From Candidatus Kerfeldbacteria bacterium (lineage in GTDB: Bacteria > Patescibacteriota > Patescibacteriia > UBA9570 > XYC2-FULL-38-9): DNA of 64,000 bases. The stretch lies in NCBI GenBank assembly GCA_016182555.1, contig JACPGJ010000007.1, positions 64,053 to 128,052 of the forward strand, in the 5' to 3' direction. The notes under the pieces were generated by a model that was not told the DNA's origin, made no database searches, and saw only the letters and a program-made list of their open reading frames with translations. The position numbers and the translations under genes were made by a program. This document shows, piece after piece, positions 39,075 to 47,956 of this stretch (within the stretch, counting starts at the first letter, position 1; each line of letters starts with the position of its first letter).

Positions 39075-40492
39075 GTACGGATACCAAAAAACCAATCTTT
39101 GGTGCGCTTAATAAAGACACATTCAACCACCGCAATGACAGCGAATACGCAAAAAAAGCGCAGCGTGGATTGAGCGAAGAATTAGTGCGCAAAATTTCCC
39201 GTGATAAAAACGAACCGGAGTGGATGCTGGAGCTACGGTTAGAAGGCTTGCGTTTGTTTCAAGAAAAACCACTGCCAAACTGGGGGCCAGATTTAGGCGC
39301 GCTGCGTTTTGATGAAATTATTTACTATGCGTCCGCTGATGAAAAAACGGATGGCGAAAATCGTTCATGGAAAGAGGTGCCTGCCGATATTAAAAAAACA
39401 TTTGACCGGCTAGGAATTCCTGAAGCGGAAAAACAGATGCTCGCTGGCGTTGGCGCACAATATGAATCGGAAACCGTGTATCACCGCTTGAAACGTGAAT
39501 GGGAAGAACAAGGGGTCATTTTTGAAGATATGGATGTCGCGTTACAAAAACATACTGAGTTGGTACGTGAATATTTTATGAAGTGCGTGCCACCGGGTGA
39601 CCACAAATTCGCGGCATTGCATGCGGCAGTGTGGTCGGGGGGAACGTTTTTATATGTGCCAGCCGGTGTACGCGTCACGCAACCGTTGCAAGCCTACTTC
39701 CGAATGAATGCGAAAAACATGGGCCAGTTTGAACATACACTGATGATTATTGAAGATGGCGCGGACGCCCACTACATTGAAGGGTGCTCGGCTCCAAAAT
39801 ACGGCGCGAATTCCTTACATGCTGGCTGTGTTGAGATATTTGTAAAACCAGGGGCACGGATGCGGTATTCTTCCGTAGAAAATTGGAGTTCCGATACCTA
39901 TAACCTCAACACCAAACGTGCCATGGTGCAGGAAGATGGGCATATGGAATGGGTGGGTGGAAATATGGGCAGCGGCGTCACTATGCTCTACCCCTGTTCG
40001 ATACTGCTCGGGCGGCGTGCGCATGCCGAACATTTGGGAATTGCGTTTGCCGGTGCTGGCCAAATTCAAGATACCGGCGCGAAAGTATATCATTCTGCTT
40101 CAGATACCACTTCCAATATTGTGATGAAAAGTGTTTCGAAAGACGGCGGGCGTTCCGTGTACCGTGGCTTGGTGCAAGTAGCGCCACACGCGGAAGCCGT
40201 AGTTTCCAATGTGAAATGTGATGCATTGATTTTGGATGACCATTCATTTTCAGATACGATTCCGTGCATGAAAATTCAAAATAATACCGCCTCAGTCACA
40301 CACGAAGCATCAGCCGGGCGTGTTTCTGAAGAAGATGTATTTTATTTACAAACACGGGGTCTTTCGGCAGATGAAGCGACATCCATGGTGGTGAATGGAT
40401 TCATTGAACCCATTGTAAAACAGTTGCCGCTGGAATACGCGGTCGAGATGAATAGGTTAATTGAACTGGAGATGGAAGGATCCGTTGGGTAA
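39071..40492 (+). CDS. sufB: Fe-S cluster assembly protein SufB
   Basis: Full-length SufB pattern; start ATG overlaps the sufC stop (ATGA). Confidence 0.9.
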   Translation: MSTDTKKPIFGALNKDTFNHRNDSEYAKKAQRGLSEELVRKISRDKNEPEWMLELRLEGLRLFQEKPLPNWGPDLGALRFDEIIYYASADEKTDGENRSWKEVPADIKKTFDRLGIPEAEKQMLAGVGAQYESETVYHRLKREWEEQGVIFEDMDVALQKHTELVREYFMKCVPPGDHKFAALHAAVWSGGTFLYVPAGVRVTQPLQAYFRMNAKNMGQFEHTLMIIEDGADAHYIEGCSAPKYGANSLHAGCVEIFVKPGARMRYSSVENWSSDTYNLNTKRAMVQEDGHMEWVGGNMGSGVTMLYPCSILLGRRAHAEHLGIAFAGAGQIQDTGAKVYHSASDTTSNIVMKSVSKDGGRSVYRGLVQVAPHAEAVVSNVKCDALILDDHSFSDTIPCMKIQNNTASVTHEASAGRVSEEDVFYLQTRGLSADEATSMVVNGFIEPIVKQLPLEYAVEMNRLIELEMEGSVG

Positions 40493-40596
40493 TCTGTCCG
40501 CAGGCCTCTCGCATGAGTGCCCCCTCACTAACCGCTAATCGCTGAATCGTTCGGGAGCACTCATGCTGCGGCCTATGAAGCATATTTCAAACACCT

Positions 40597-41280
40597 ATGA
40601 ACACTACCATTGAAAAATTAACAAAAAAAAATCAAAACGTTGTTGTGCAAAACGGAGAACAATGTGATCTTGTTATTATTCATAACGAGCAACTACAAGA
40701 ACCAATCACGAAAAAATTTGTGGTATCGGCAGGTGCACGCCTTCGTGTGTTGACTGTACTCGCTGCATCGGTAGACATAACGATGGACGCACAACTCCTC
40801 GGTGACGGAGCGGTGTATGAACACCGGGTGATCTATTTTGGTACCGACAAAGACCGAATGCGAATTCGTATGACATCTGTTCACCAAGGAAAAAATACCA
40901 TGGCACGCATGCTCATTCGCGGTATTGCTCTGAAAGCTGCGCATATCGATTTTGCTGGCATGATTGATATTGCCGCAAGCGGAAATGGAACAGATGCTCG
41001 CTTAGAGCACGAAGGTTTACTCATGAGTAAAAAAGCACGCATTGATGCACTCCCCGGTTTTGAAATTGCCACAAATACTGTTAAAGCCGCGCATAGCTCT
41101 GCAGTACACTATCTTCGGCCTGAACAATTATTTTATTTACAATCTCGAGGTATTGACCAACGAGCAGCATCTCAGATGATTGTGTCTGGTTTTTTTGATG
41201 AAATGATGAACACCCTGGGTGAGAGTGAAGTACGCACACACATTCAACAGCTCCTCGCAGAAAAACAACAGCTCCTGTAA
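40597..41280 (+). CDS. sufD: SufD-like protein (short SufBD beta-helix core)
   Basis: SufBD-family C-terminal core, about 227 aa; position between sufB and sufS. Confidence 0.6.
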   Translation: MNTTIEKLTKKNQNVVVQNGEQCDLVIIHNEQLQEPITKKFVVSAGARLRVLTVLAASVDITMDAQLLGDGAVYEHRVIYFGTDKDRMRIRMTSVHQGKNTMARMLIRGIALKAAHIDFAGMIDIAASGNGTDARLEHEGLLMSKKARIDALPGFEIATNTVKAAHSSAVHYLRPEQLFYLQSRGIDQRAASQMIVSGFFDEMMNTLGESEVRTHIQQLLAEKQQLL

Positions 41281-41289
41281 TATATCGTT

Positions 41290-42504
41290 ATGGAAAGAAT
41301 ACTCACAAAAAAAATTCAACAAGATTTTCCGCTATTACAACGTGGCGTAGCGTACTTGGATAATGCTTCCACGACACAAAAACCACAGGCAGTACTCGAC
41401 GCCATGAATGCCTACTACACCGAATGTTGCGCCAATGTCCACCGCGGAATTTATGCTATCAGCGAAGATGCATCAGCCCGATTTGAAGCGGTGCGTGACC
41501 AAGTACAACAATTTATTGGGGCGGGGCATCGCGAAGAAATTATTTTCACCTCTGGCACAACTGCTTCGCTCAATATGATTGCACGCATGCTGGGAGCAAC
41601 TTGTTCTGCTGGTGATGAAATTATTCTCACGGAAATGGAACACCATGCCAATCTTATTCCGTGGCAAATCGTAGCTCGTGAACGTGGGTTGAAGTTACAA
41701 TTTTTACGCGCACGAGAAGATGGTGAAATCTATGCAGAAGACCTTCAAGCATTATGTACTCCACGCACAAAAATATTTGCGCTCACGCATCTCTCCAACG
41801 CATCTGGATACCGCACTCCCCTTGCCGAATTAACGCGGCTTGCTCATGAACAGCATCTCCTGGTTGTTGTCGATGCAGCGCAAAGTGTTCCACACATACC
41901 AATCAATGTGGCCGAACTAGATATCGATTTTCTCACATTCTCGGCACACAAAATGTGCGGGCCAACAGGTGTTGGTGTGTTGTATGGCAAAAAAGCATTA
42001 CTCGAACGATTGGAACCGGCGTTCGGCGGTGGGCACATGATCGCGCACGTTACATTAGAAGGATCTACCTGGGCAGAACTGCCCATGAAGCTTGAACCAG
42101 GCACGCCAAACATTGCTGGCATTATCGGTTTTGGTGCCGCACTCACCTATCTTTCACAGATTGGTATGCAGGCTATTGAGCAACACATCCATCAACTGCA
42201 TACAGATGCACTAAAAAAATTAACAGCACTGCCTGGTATACGTATTCTCGGGCCAAAAGATCACTCTACGATAACCGGCATTCTCTCTTTTGCGGTGAAC
42301 GGTATTCACCCGCATGATATTGCATCAGTCTTAGACAATGAAGGCGTGGCTGTGCGTGCTGGACACCATTGTGCGCAACCGCTCATGACTGCCTGGGGAG
42401 TATCCGCCACAACACGTGCGAGTTTCTACTTCTATAATACAGAAGAAGACGTCAATCGGTTCATTGCAGCTATCCAAAAAACACAACAATTATTTTTACC
42501 GTAA
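41290..42504 (+). CDS. sufS: cysteine desulfurase SufS
   Basis: PLP-lysine motif SAHKMCGPTGVGVLYG and the C-terminal active-site Cys region (RAGHHCAQPL). Confidence 0.85.
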   Translation: MERILTKKIQQDFPLLQRGVAYLDNASTTQKPQAVLDAMNAYYTECCANVHRGIYAISEDASARFEAVRDQVQQFIGAGHREEIIFTSGTTASLNMIARMLGATCSAGDEIILTEMEHHANLIPWQIVARERGLKLQFLRAREDGEIYAEDLQALCTPRTKIFALTHLSNASGYRTPLAELTRLAHEQHLLVVVDAAQSVPHIPINVAELDIDFLTFSAHKMCGPTGVGVLYGKKALLERLEPAFGGGHMIAHVTLEGSTWAELPMKLEPGTPNIAGIIGFGAALTYLSQIGMQAIEQHIHQLHTDALKKLTALPGIRILGPKDHSTITGILSFAVNGIHPHDIASVLDNEGVAVRAGHHCAQPLMTAWGVSATTRASFYFYNTEEDVNRFIAAIQKTQQLFLP

Positions 42505-42896
42505 TGAATATTTACCAAGAAGAAATTTTGGAACATTATCGACATCCACACAATACCGGGCAGCTTGAACATGCGGATGTGGTCCAACAAGAGTACAATC
42601 CGTTTTGTGGTGATAAGTTGACGCTATACTTAACATTTGTTGATAACAAAGTTGCAGAAGTGCGTTTTATGGGTGAAGGCTGTGCAATCAGCCAAGCCGC
42701 TACATCCATGCTAACCGATAAAATTGCAGGAATGACACGCAAACAGATTCAACAACTGACGAAAGAAGATGTGCTCCAACTACTTGGTATTGAACTTGGC
42801 CCCACACGTCTGAAATGCGCCCTGCTCTCTTTGCAGGGAATACACCACGCGATACAGCAGGCACCTACTCCAACGAGCAAGGATGTCACTGCATAA
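42504..42896 (+). CDS. sufU: SUF system sulfur-transfer/scaffold protein SufU (NifU-like)
   Basis: NPFCGDKLTL and GEGCAISQAATS motifs of the SufU/IscU family. Confidence 0.8.
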   Translation: MNIYQEEILEHYRHPHNTGQLEHADVVQQEYNPFCGDKLTLYLTFVDNKVAEVRFMGEGCAISQAATSMLTDKIAGMTRKQIQQLTKEDVLQLLGIELGPTRLKCALLSLQGIHHAIQQAPTPTSKDVTA

Positions 42897-43060
42897 TCAC
42901 CCAAGCCAATGACCCGGGCTACTATCGCACAGTCTGCTTCGCCTAATGCTTAAAAAATCATAAACTCCCCTATTCCATTGGGTTTTTTCATATTCCCGTT
43001 TGGCATAAAAACGTTGCCGATGTACCATGTACAATGAAAGAAAATTTATTGAGGAGGACC

Positions 43061-43300
43061 ATGGAAAAAAGTATCTATTCTGCAGAGCACAAATTTCTTG
43101 TGCAACAATTACAACACGCACGAAAAGACGCAGGGTTAAGCCAGAAGGACGCGGCCAGACTACTTGAAAAAACCCAATCCTACATTTCTAAAGTCGAATC
43201 TGGTCAAAGCCGTATTGATATTATCGAACTACAACATTTTGCGGCAATCTATAAAAAACCACTTGATTTTTTTATTGCCAATTCTGAATTGCTGGGCTAA
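43061..43300 (+). CDS. XRE-family helix-turn-helix transcriptional regulator
   Basis: [25 protein letters not shown] is a canonical HTH_3; strong GAGGAGG RBS. Confidence 0.75.
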   Translation: MEKSIYSAEHKFLVQQLQHARKDAGLSQKDAARLLEKTQSYISKVESGQSRIDIIELQHFAAIYKKPLDFFIANSELLG

Positions 43301-43303
43301 GAT

Positions 43304-43348
43304 TTGCTCCGTGTACGGAACGATATTCGAACGTATTTACAAATATTG
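43304..43348 (+). repeat. 45-bp direct repeat copy R1 (TTGCTCCGTGTACGGAACGATATTCGAACGTATTTACAAATATTG)
   Basis: Second copy at 47882-47925 with about 40/42 identity; both lie just 3' of genes. Confidence 0.6.
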
Positions 43349-43358
43349 TGACTGTGTC

Positions 43359-43400
43359 AAAAAAAGGGGGCTCTCAATCTTCATGCGATGGAGAGCCCCT
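43359..43400 (-). terminator. rho-independent terminator of the 110-aa acidic protein gene
   Basis: GGGGCTCTC...GAGAGCCCC hairpin with a T-run on the minus strand. Confidence 0.5.
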
Positions 43401-43408
43401 ATTTGGGC

Positions 43409-43741
43409 CTAGCCGTCCGTGTCCTCCTCCTCTATGATACCCTCTATGCCATCCTCCGTTTCCGTGTTCCAAAATTCGCTGCACTTGCGATTGGGCCGAA
43501 AAGATTGCACGTACATTTTGTTGGACCCAGACGCTTTTGGCTCAATGACGGGAGCACAATCGCGGTCTGGAAAATCTTCACGGATAGCATTACACACTGA
43601 ATCCGGGTCCTCAATGATGCGCCGCGCCTCTTCGACGGAGAGAGGCGGGCCATCCACGAATGCCCCCGTAAAATTTTGGTCTACGGGATAGACTTTTGTA
43701 GACTTACTTTTGTGCATCGCAAACCTCCCTTGATACCACAT
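43409..43741 (-). CDS. hypothetical acidic protein
   Basis: 110-aa ORF followed by its own terminator; no known motif. Confidence 0.4.
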   Translation of the reverse strand: MWYQGRFAMHKSKSTKVYPVDQNFTGAFVDGPPLSVEEARRIIEDPDSVCNAIREDFPDRDCAPVIEPKASGSNKMYVQSFRPNRKCSEFWNTETEDGIEGIIEEEDTDG

Positions 43742-43922
43742 TTATGCTCCAGTTGTGGAGCCTGCAAATACTGCAAGCAACCGTCCGAAGCTCCCTTATT
43801 TTACCAGCAAGGTCAAGACCCTGCAAAATCACGCACCTATCCAGATCATAATCAAAATTTGCAGCAAGTCAGGGCACACATACCGCACGCGACGGCGGTA
43901 TTGCCTGCAACTTGGCCTCGTT

Positions 43923-43959
43923 AGAAAACGGCCTTGCCCTTCACTGGAAGAGCAAGGCC
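43923..43959 (-). terminator. rho-independent terminator downstream of the 24-aa peptide ORF
   Basis: Minus strand GGCCTTGC-TCTTCCAGTGAAGG-GCAAGGCC hairpin followed by GTTTTCT. Confidence 0.45.
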
Positions 43960-43973
43960 TGACTCCCGCGCGA

Positions 43974-44048
43974 TCACAGGCTTGTTATCAGGAACACAAT
44001 ACCACATAACATAGCGATAGCAATGAGGATGACGATGAAGGTTCTCAT
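43974..44048 (-). CDS. 24-aa hydrophobic peptide MRTFIVILIAIAMLCGIVFLITSL (single TM helix)
   Basis: ATG preceded by GAGG; followed within 15 nt by a strong hairpin terminator; below the 60-aa cutoff of the ORF track. Confidence 0.3.
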   Translation of the reverse strand: MRTFIVILIAIAMLCGIVFLITSL

Positions 44049-44340
44049 CTGCCTCATGAAGCGCTCGTGGTTTCTCGCAGTAACCTGCTCGCGGATCTTG
44101 TCAGAAAGCTCAAGGTCTCTTATATATTAAAAAAAAATCATCACGGTCCGAATCGTGCTGTTTCATTTTGCCTCCCACTTTGCGACAAGTGATGCTACGT
44201 CGTACCACGACCGAAGGGAGATCAGAAGCGAAGTACGATGCAGTCACCTATCGTCATATTATCATCCTACTGCAAAACGATCAATCGAAATGACCATGCA
44301 TGCCTTATTGAACTACATGAATAATATGTTATATCAGCGC

Positions 44341-44907
44341 TCATAGAATTGATGTTACTATTTTTTGCATACAATAATCAAAATCCATATCCGTGGTATT
44401 CAGAATCGTGTGTGGCACACTACTCTGTTGTACCTGTTCCATCAACCATCGTTGCTGGTTTGTGTAATACGAAATAATTTCTTCTCGATTTCCTTTTGAC
44501 TCTACATATTTTTGCCATGCTTGTTCGCGATGTTTCATTGCATCAAATATCCGTTGCGAAATTCGCTCTTCATCAATAGTGAACAGATACAGGTGCACAT
44601 CATGTTCGCGCAATAGATCTTCAATATCTTGAAAATCATGTATAGAACTCTGCGTTCGAAAAACATGTGTGAAATACAATCGATCAAAAATGAGTACATC
44701 AACATGCTGCTGCAGATACTGTTCTAAAATTTTTTTGAGATGTTGCTTAGCTATATCAACATCAGTGTTATGCAGAATGGGCATCAGTGTCTCTTCTTCA
44801 CCAATAACTGCATACGTCAAATTTTTCTCACGGCAATACTGAATGAGTAAATTGTTTATGATTGTTTTTCCACTCGTTGCAATTCCTTCAAGGATAATTA
44901 TTTTCAT
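44341..44907 (-). CDS. P-loop nucleoside/nucleotide kinase-like protein
   Basis: N-terminal Walker A ILEGIATSGKT; 188 aa; dNK/AAA_28-like layout. Confidence 0.5.
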   Translation of the reverse strand: MKIIILEGIATSGKTIINNLLIQYCREKNLTYAVIGEEETLMPILHNTDVDIAKQHLKKILEQYLQQHVDVLIFDRLYFTHVFRTQSSIHDFQDIEDLLREHDVHLYLFTIDEERISQRIFDAMKHREQAWQKYVESKGNREEIISYYTNQQRWLMEQVQQSSVPHTILNTTDMDFDYCMQKIVTSIL

Positions 44908-45133
44908 AATTCATCTCGAACAGTCAAATAAATCAGCTCTGGTGGGATTTTTCGTACGTTCACTGTACTCTGACCAGCCATGTACAGTTTCACTAAACGA
45001 TGTAAACCATCAAGAATTCCCCACCTCCCTTTCTTGTTCTTCATGATATCTATTGGGTGTTGTGTATCAGCTTCAGCAATTTTACACCTCTTGTTCCTCT
45101 CAACTATATACTATGCTGAAGAAAATTCAATGC

Positions 45134-46148
45134 ATGTCTTATTCTCCTCTCATCAGTGTTATCATTCCAACATTCAATCGCAAACGCATTGTGCTTGAAG
45201 CTATTGAAAGTGTTCTGAAACAAAAACCACAGAACTATGAAGTGATTGTTGTTGATGACGGTTCAACCGATGGAACTGCTGAATATCTAGAATCATTGCA
45301 TCTTCCTGTCCGCATAATTTCAAAGCAGAATGGAGGCGTAGCAGCCACGCGTAACACAGGTATTCAAGCAGTTTTTACAGATGAATACATTAGCCATTAG
45401 CTCAAACGGGGTTATCGAACCAAAAACTCGCTTTGAACGAAACACTCCCGTTGCTCAACCGCGCTATCCTGCATTTGTAGAACACACCTCAATTCACATT
45501 TCGTCTGTGATGCTGAAAAAATCATTGCTTGATGAAGTAGGATTGTTTAATAAATCACTTCGTATTCATGAAGACAGTGAACTGTGGAATCGTATTGGAG
45601 AGAAATACGCATTTGGCTATATTGAACAGCCTCTTGTTGTATACAGATGGAAGGCTGATCCAGAGCATTTAATGAATGATAGGATAACTAGAGGGGGAGC
45701 AAATGAAAAAATACAAACATCGATTGATCTAGGTCAACTAAAAATACTCATTGATATATCAAACGAGGAAGATTATTTTGCTATAGTAGAAAAACTTCAC
45801 AATGCATTATTGACATTACAAAGTGAATGTGAACCTACCAAAGATAGGAAAACATATGTGATTACTGCTGCACGAGGTATCATTGCTTGTTTGGAAAAAA
45901 TGCCCCCAGTACATCGCAACAAAGAAGATAGATCATCTGGATTCGAATATGCAAAACAAATAAAAAGGAAGCTAATGAAAAAACATGGAGGATGTCTTGC
46001 TTGTGGTGGAGGAACTATGGGTGGAAGATCTCGACATGATGCTCCAATTGAACTTCATCACATGATTCCTCGCTCATATGGTGGCAATGACGAAGTAACA
46101 AACGCATTGCTGGTGTGCCGCAGTTGCCATGGGGAAATCCATGCATGA
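45134..46148 (+). pseudogene. family-2 glycosyltransferase disrupted by a frameshift and loss of the DxD segment, with a C-terminal HNH nuclease motif
   Basis: Frame 1 (45134-45400) gives SVIIPTFNRK...VIVVDDGSTDGT...NGGVAATRNTG and then stops. Frame 2 (45381-46148) resumes with the GT2 C-terminal core (LRIHEDSELWNRIG...VVYRW) and ends in HHMIPRSYGGNDEVTNALLVCRSCHGEIH. The expected FLDxDD between the two parts is absent. Confidence 0.5.
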
Positions 46149-46326
46149 TAAACTTTTTTTATCTTTATGGAAAGAAATTTTTATACTCCGCAAAGAGAAA
46201 AAGCAAAACCAACAATAGAATTTTCAGAAAAATAATTTTTAGAGTTGCTAAAAGAAAAGTGGCCCTTCAGAACCACTGTTTATTTTATGCTCCCTAGATT
46301 ATATGCAACAAAAATGCTGACCTTAT

Positions 46327-47601
46327 TTAGGATGTCTTATCAAGCAGCCATTTCCAGAGCGGTTTGAACTGTATGGTTTTCCCATCCTTCTCCGTTTCTT
46401 GTTCCTCATCCCATGTAAGAACGCTCAGCTTGGATACCTTCAATTCTTCTCCGGCTTCGATCAAAGCTTTTGTTTCTCGTTGTTCAACGTCGGGATCCCT
46501 CAAATCGTAGCAGACTTGAATAAGTTCTGATGTTTGGTATCCATTCCGAATTGCAAAATCAACCTCCCGGCCATTGCGAGTTTTATAATAAAATAATTCC
46601 CGATTTGGTTCAAAACCTTTTTTTACTAATTCGGTGAAAACTAAATTCTCCATGAGTTTTCCATTGTCGGGAGAATGCTGAACAGCTTTAGACGCAATGA
46701 AGCCATTATCAACTGTGTAAATCTTTTTAGGCGAACGGAGGCGCTCTCCGGCTTTTGCGGAAAAACCGGAGAGAGAGAATACGATATATGCTTCCTCCAG
46801 ATATGTAAGATACTTCTCTAACGTTACATCGCTTTTAAATTTCAACACATTCGCAAGTTTCCGGAAACTGTATTGGCAGGAAATATTGTTTATCAAATAC
46901 GAGCCAAGCTGATCTATCTGTTCAGCAAAACGAACCTTGTGGCGCTTCACGACATCCTTAAACAGCAACGCGTCAAAGAGCACATCCAAATAGCCACGCG
47001 GATGCTGATGCTGATTTTTTATCACCACTTCAGGGAAGCCGCCGAATGCCATATATTGTTCCAGTAATTTCAAAAGTTCTGGCTTCTGATCAAACTGGGA
47101 AAAGTTTTTAGCTTTTAGAAATTCTTGAAAATCGAATGGCAATATTTCTATTGGCAGATGTCTGCCTGTCAAATGCGTTGCGAGTTCCATCGACAGAAGA
47201 TTGGCGTTTGATCCTGTTAAAACGAGATTGTATCCTTGACGATGCAGGCGATTGGCGAATAACTCCCAACCACGAAGATTTTGTATTTCATCAAACAAAA
47301 CAAATATAGTGTCTCCATAAAAATTGTGTAATTCATCAATAAGCTCATATAAATCCAATTTTTCTCCTACCAATACCGGATCATCAAAATTAAAGTAAAG
47401 AAAAGGCTTGCCCTTAAGTAGCATGAGGGAAAATACCGATTTTCCAGCACGGCGTGGGCCAAGCACTACCTTCACCAAAGGCGAGGACATCCATTCGATG
47501 GCTTTAGCTGTTTTGGTTCTTTCCACGTATTCCATACGCGCCAAGGCCTCTTTTTCTTGGCTTTGTTTAGCTATTACTTCCTTTAATAGACTTTTTTGCA
47601 T
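46327..47601 (-). CDS. AAA-family ATPase with DUF4143-like C-terminal domain
   Basis: Walker A GPRRAGKS, Walker B VLFDEIQ, and the long C-terminal domain typical of the AAA_14+DUF4143 ATP-binding protein family. Confidence 0.7.
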   Translation of the reverse strand: MQKSLLKEVIAKQSQEKEALARMEYVERTKTAKAIEWMSSPLVKVVLGPRRAGKSVFSLMLLKGKPFLYFNFDDPVLVGEKLDLYELIDELHNFYGDTIFVLFDEIQNLRGWELFANRLHRQGYNLVLTGSNANLLSMELATHLTGRHLPIEILPFDFQEFLKAKNFSQFDQKPELLKLLEQYMAFGGFPEVVIKNQHQHPRGYLDVLFDALLFKDVVKRHKVRFAEQIDQLGSYLINNISCQYSFRKLANVLKFKSDVTLEKYLTYLEEAYIVFSLSGFSAKAGERLRSPKKIYTVDNGFIASKAVQHSPDNGKLMENLVFTELVKKGFEPNRELFYYKTRNGREVDFAIRNGYQTSELIQVCYDLRDPDVEQRETKALIEAGEELKVSKLSVLTWDEEQETEKDGKTIQFKPLWKWLLDKTS

Positions 47602-47855
47602 AGTATTTTAATTATATTAAGCATTATTTGCCTTTTTTGCTTATTACAAGTATTATACTAAGCATAAAGGGAAAAGGCAAACGATCAATAAAATATCGGT
47701 AATAAAGAGAGAAATGACAAGAGTTTTTAAACACACCTCTTTGTCTCTCTATTATTTGAATGATGTGTAAATCTACATTTCTATATTAATACATTGATAT
47801 AAAGAAAATTTGATATACAACTTGTTTCGAACGTTCCACATTCAGTAATTTAAAA

Positions 47856-47878
47856 ATGCCCGAAATATGGGCATTTTT
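47856..47878. terminator. bidirectional hairpin terminator (ATGCCC-GAAATA-GGGCAT flanked by A and T runs)
   Basis: AAAAATGCCCGAAATATGGGCATTTTT read directly. Confidence 0.45.
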
Positions 47879-47881
47879 ATC

Positions 47882-47925
47882 TTGCTCCGTGTACGGAACG
47901 ATATTCGAACTTATTTACAAACTAT
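47882..47925 (+). repeat. 45-bp direct repeat copy R2
   Basis: TTGCTCCGTGTACGGAACGATATTCGAACTTATTTACAAACTATT; partner at 43304-43348. Confidence 0.6.
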
Positions 47926-47956
47926 TCCTTGCACAGCGGCGGTTTTCTTTTATTGA

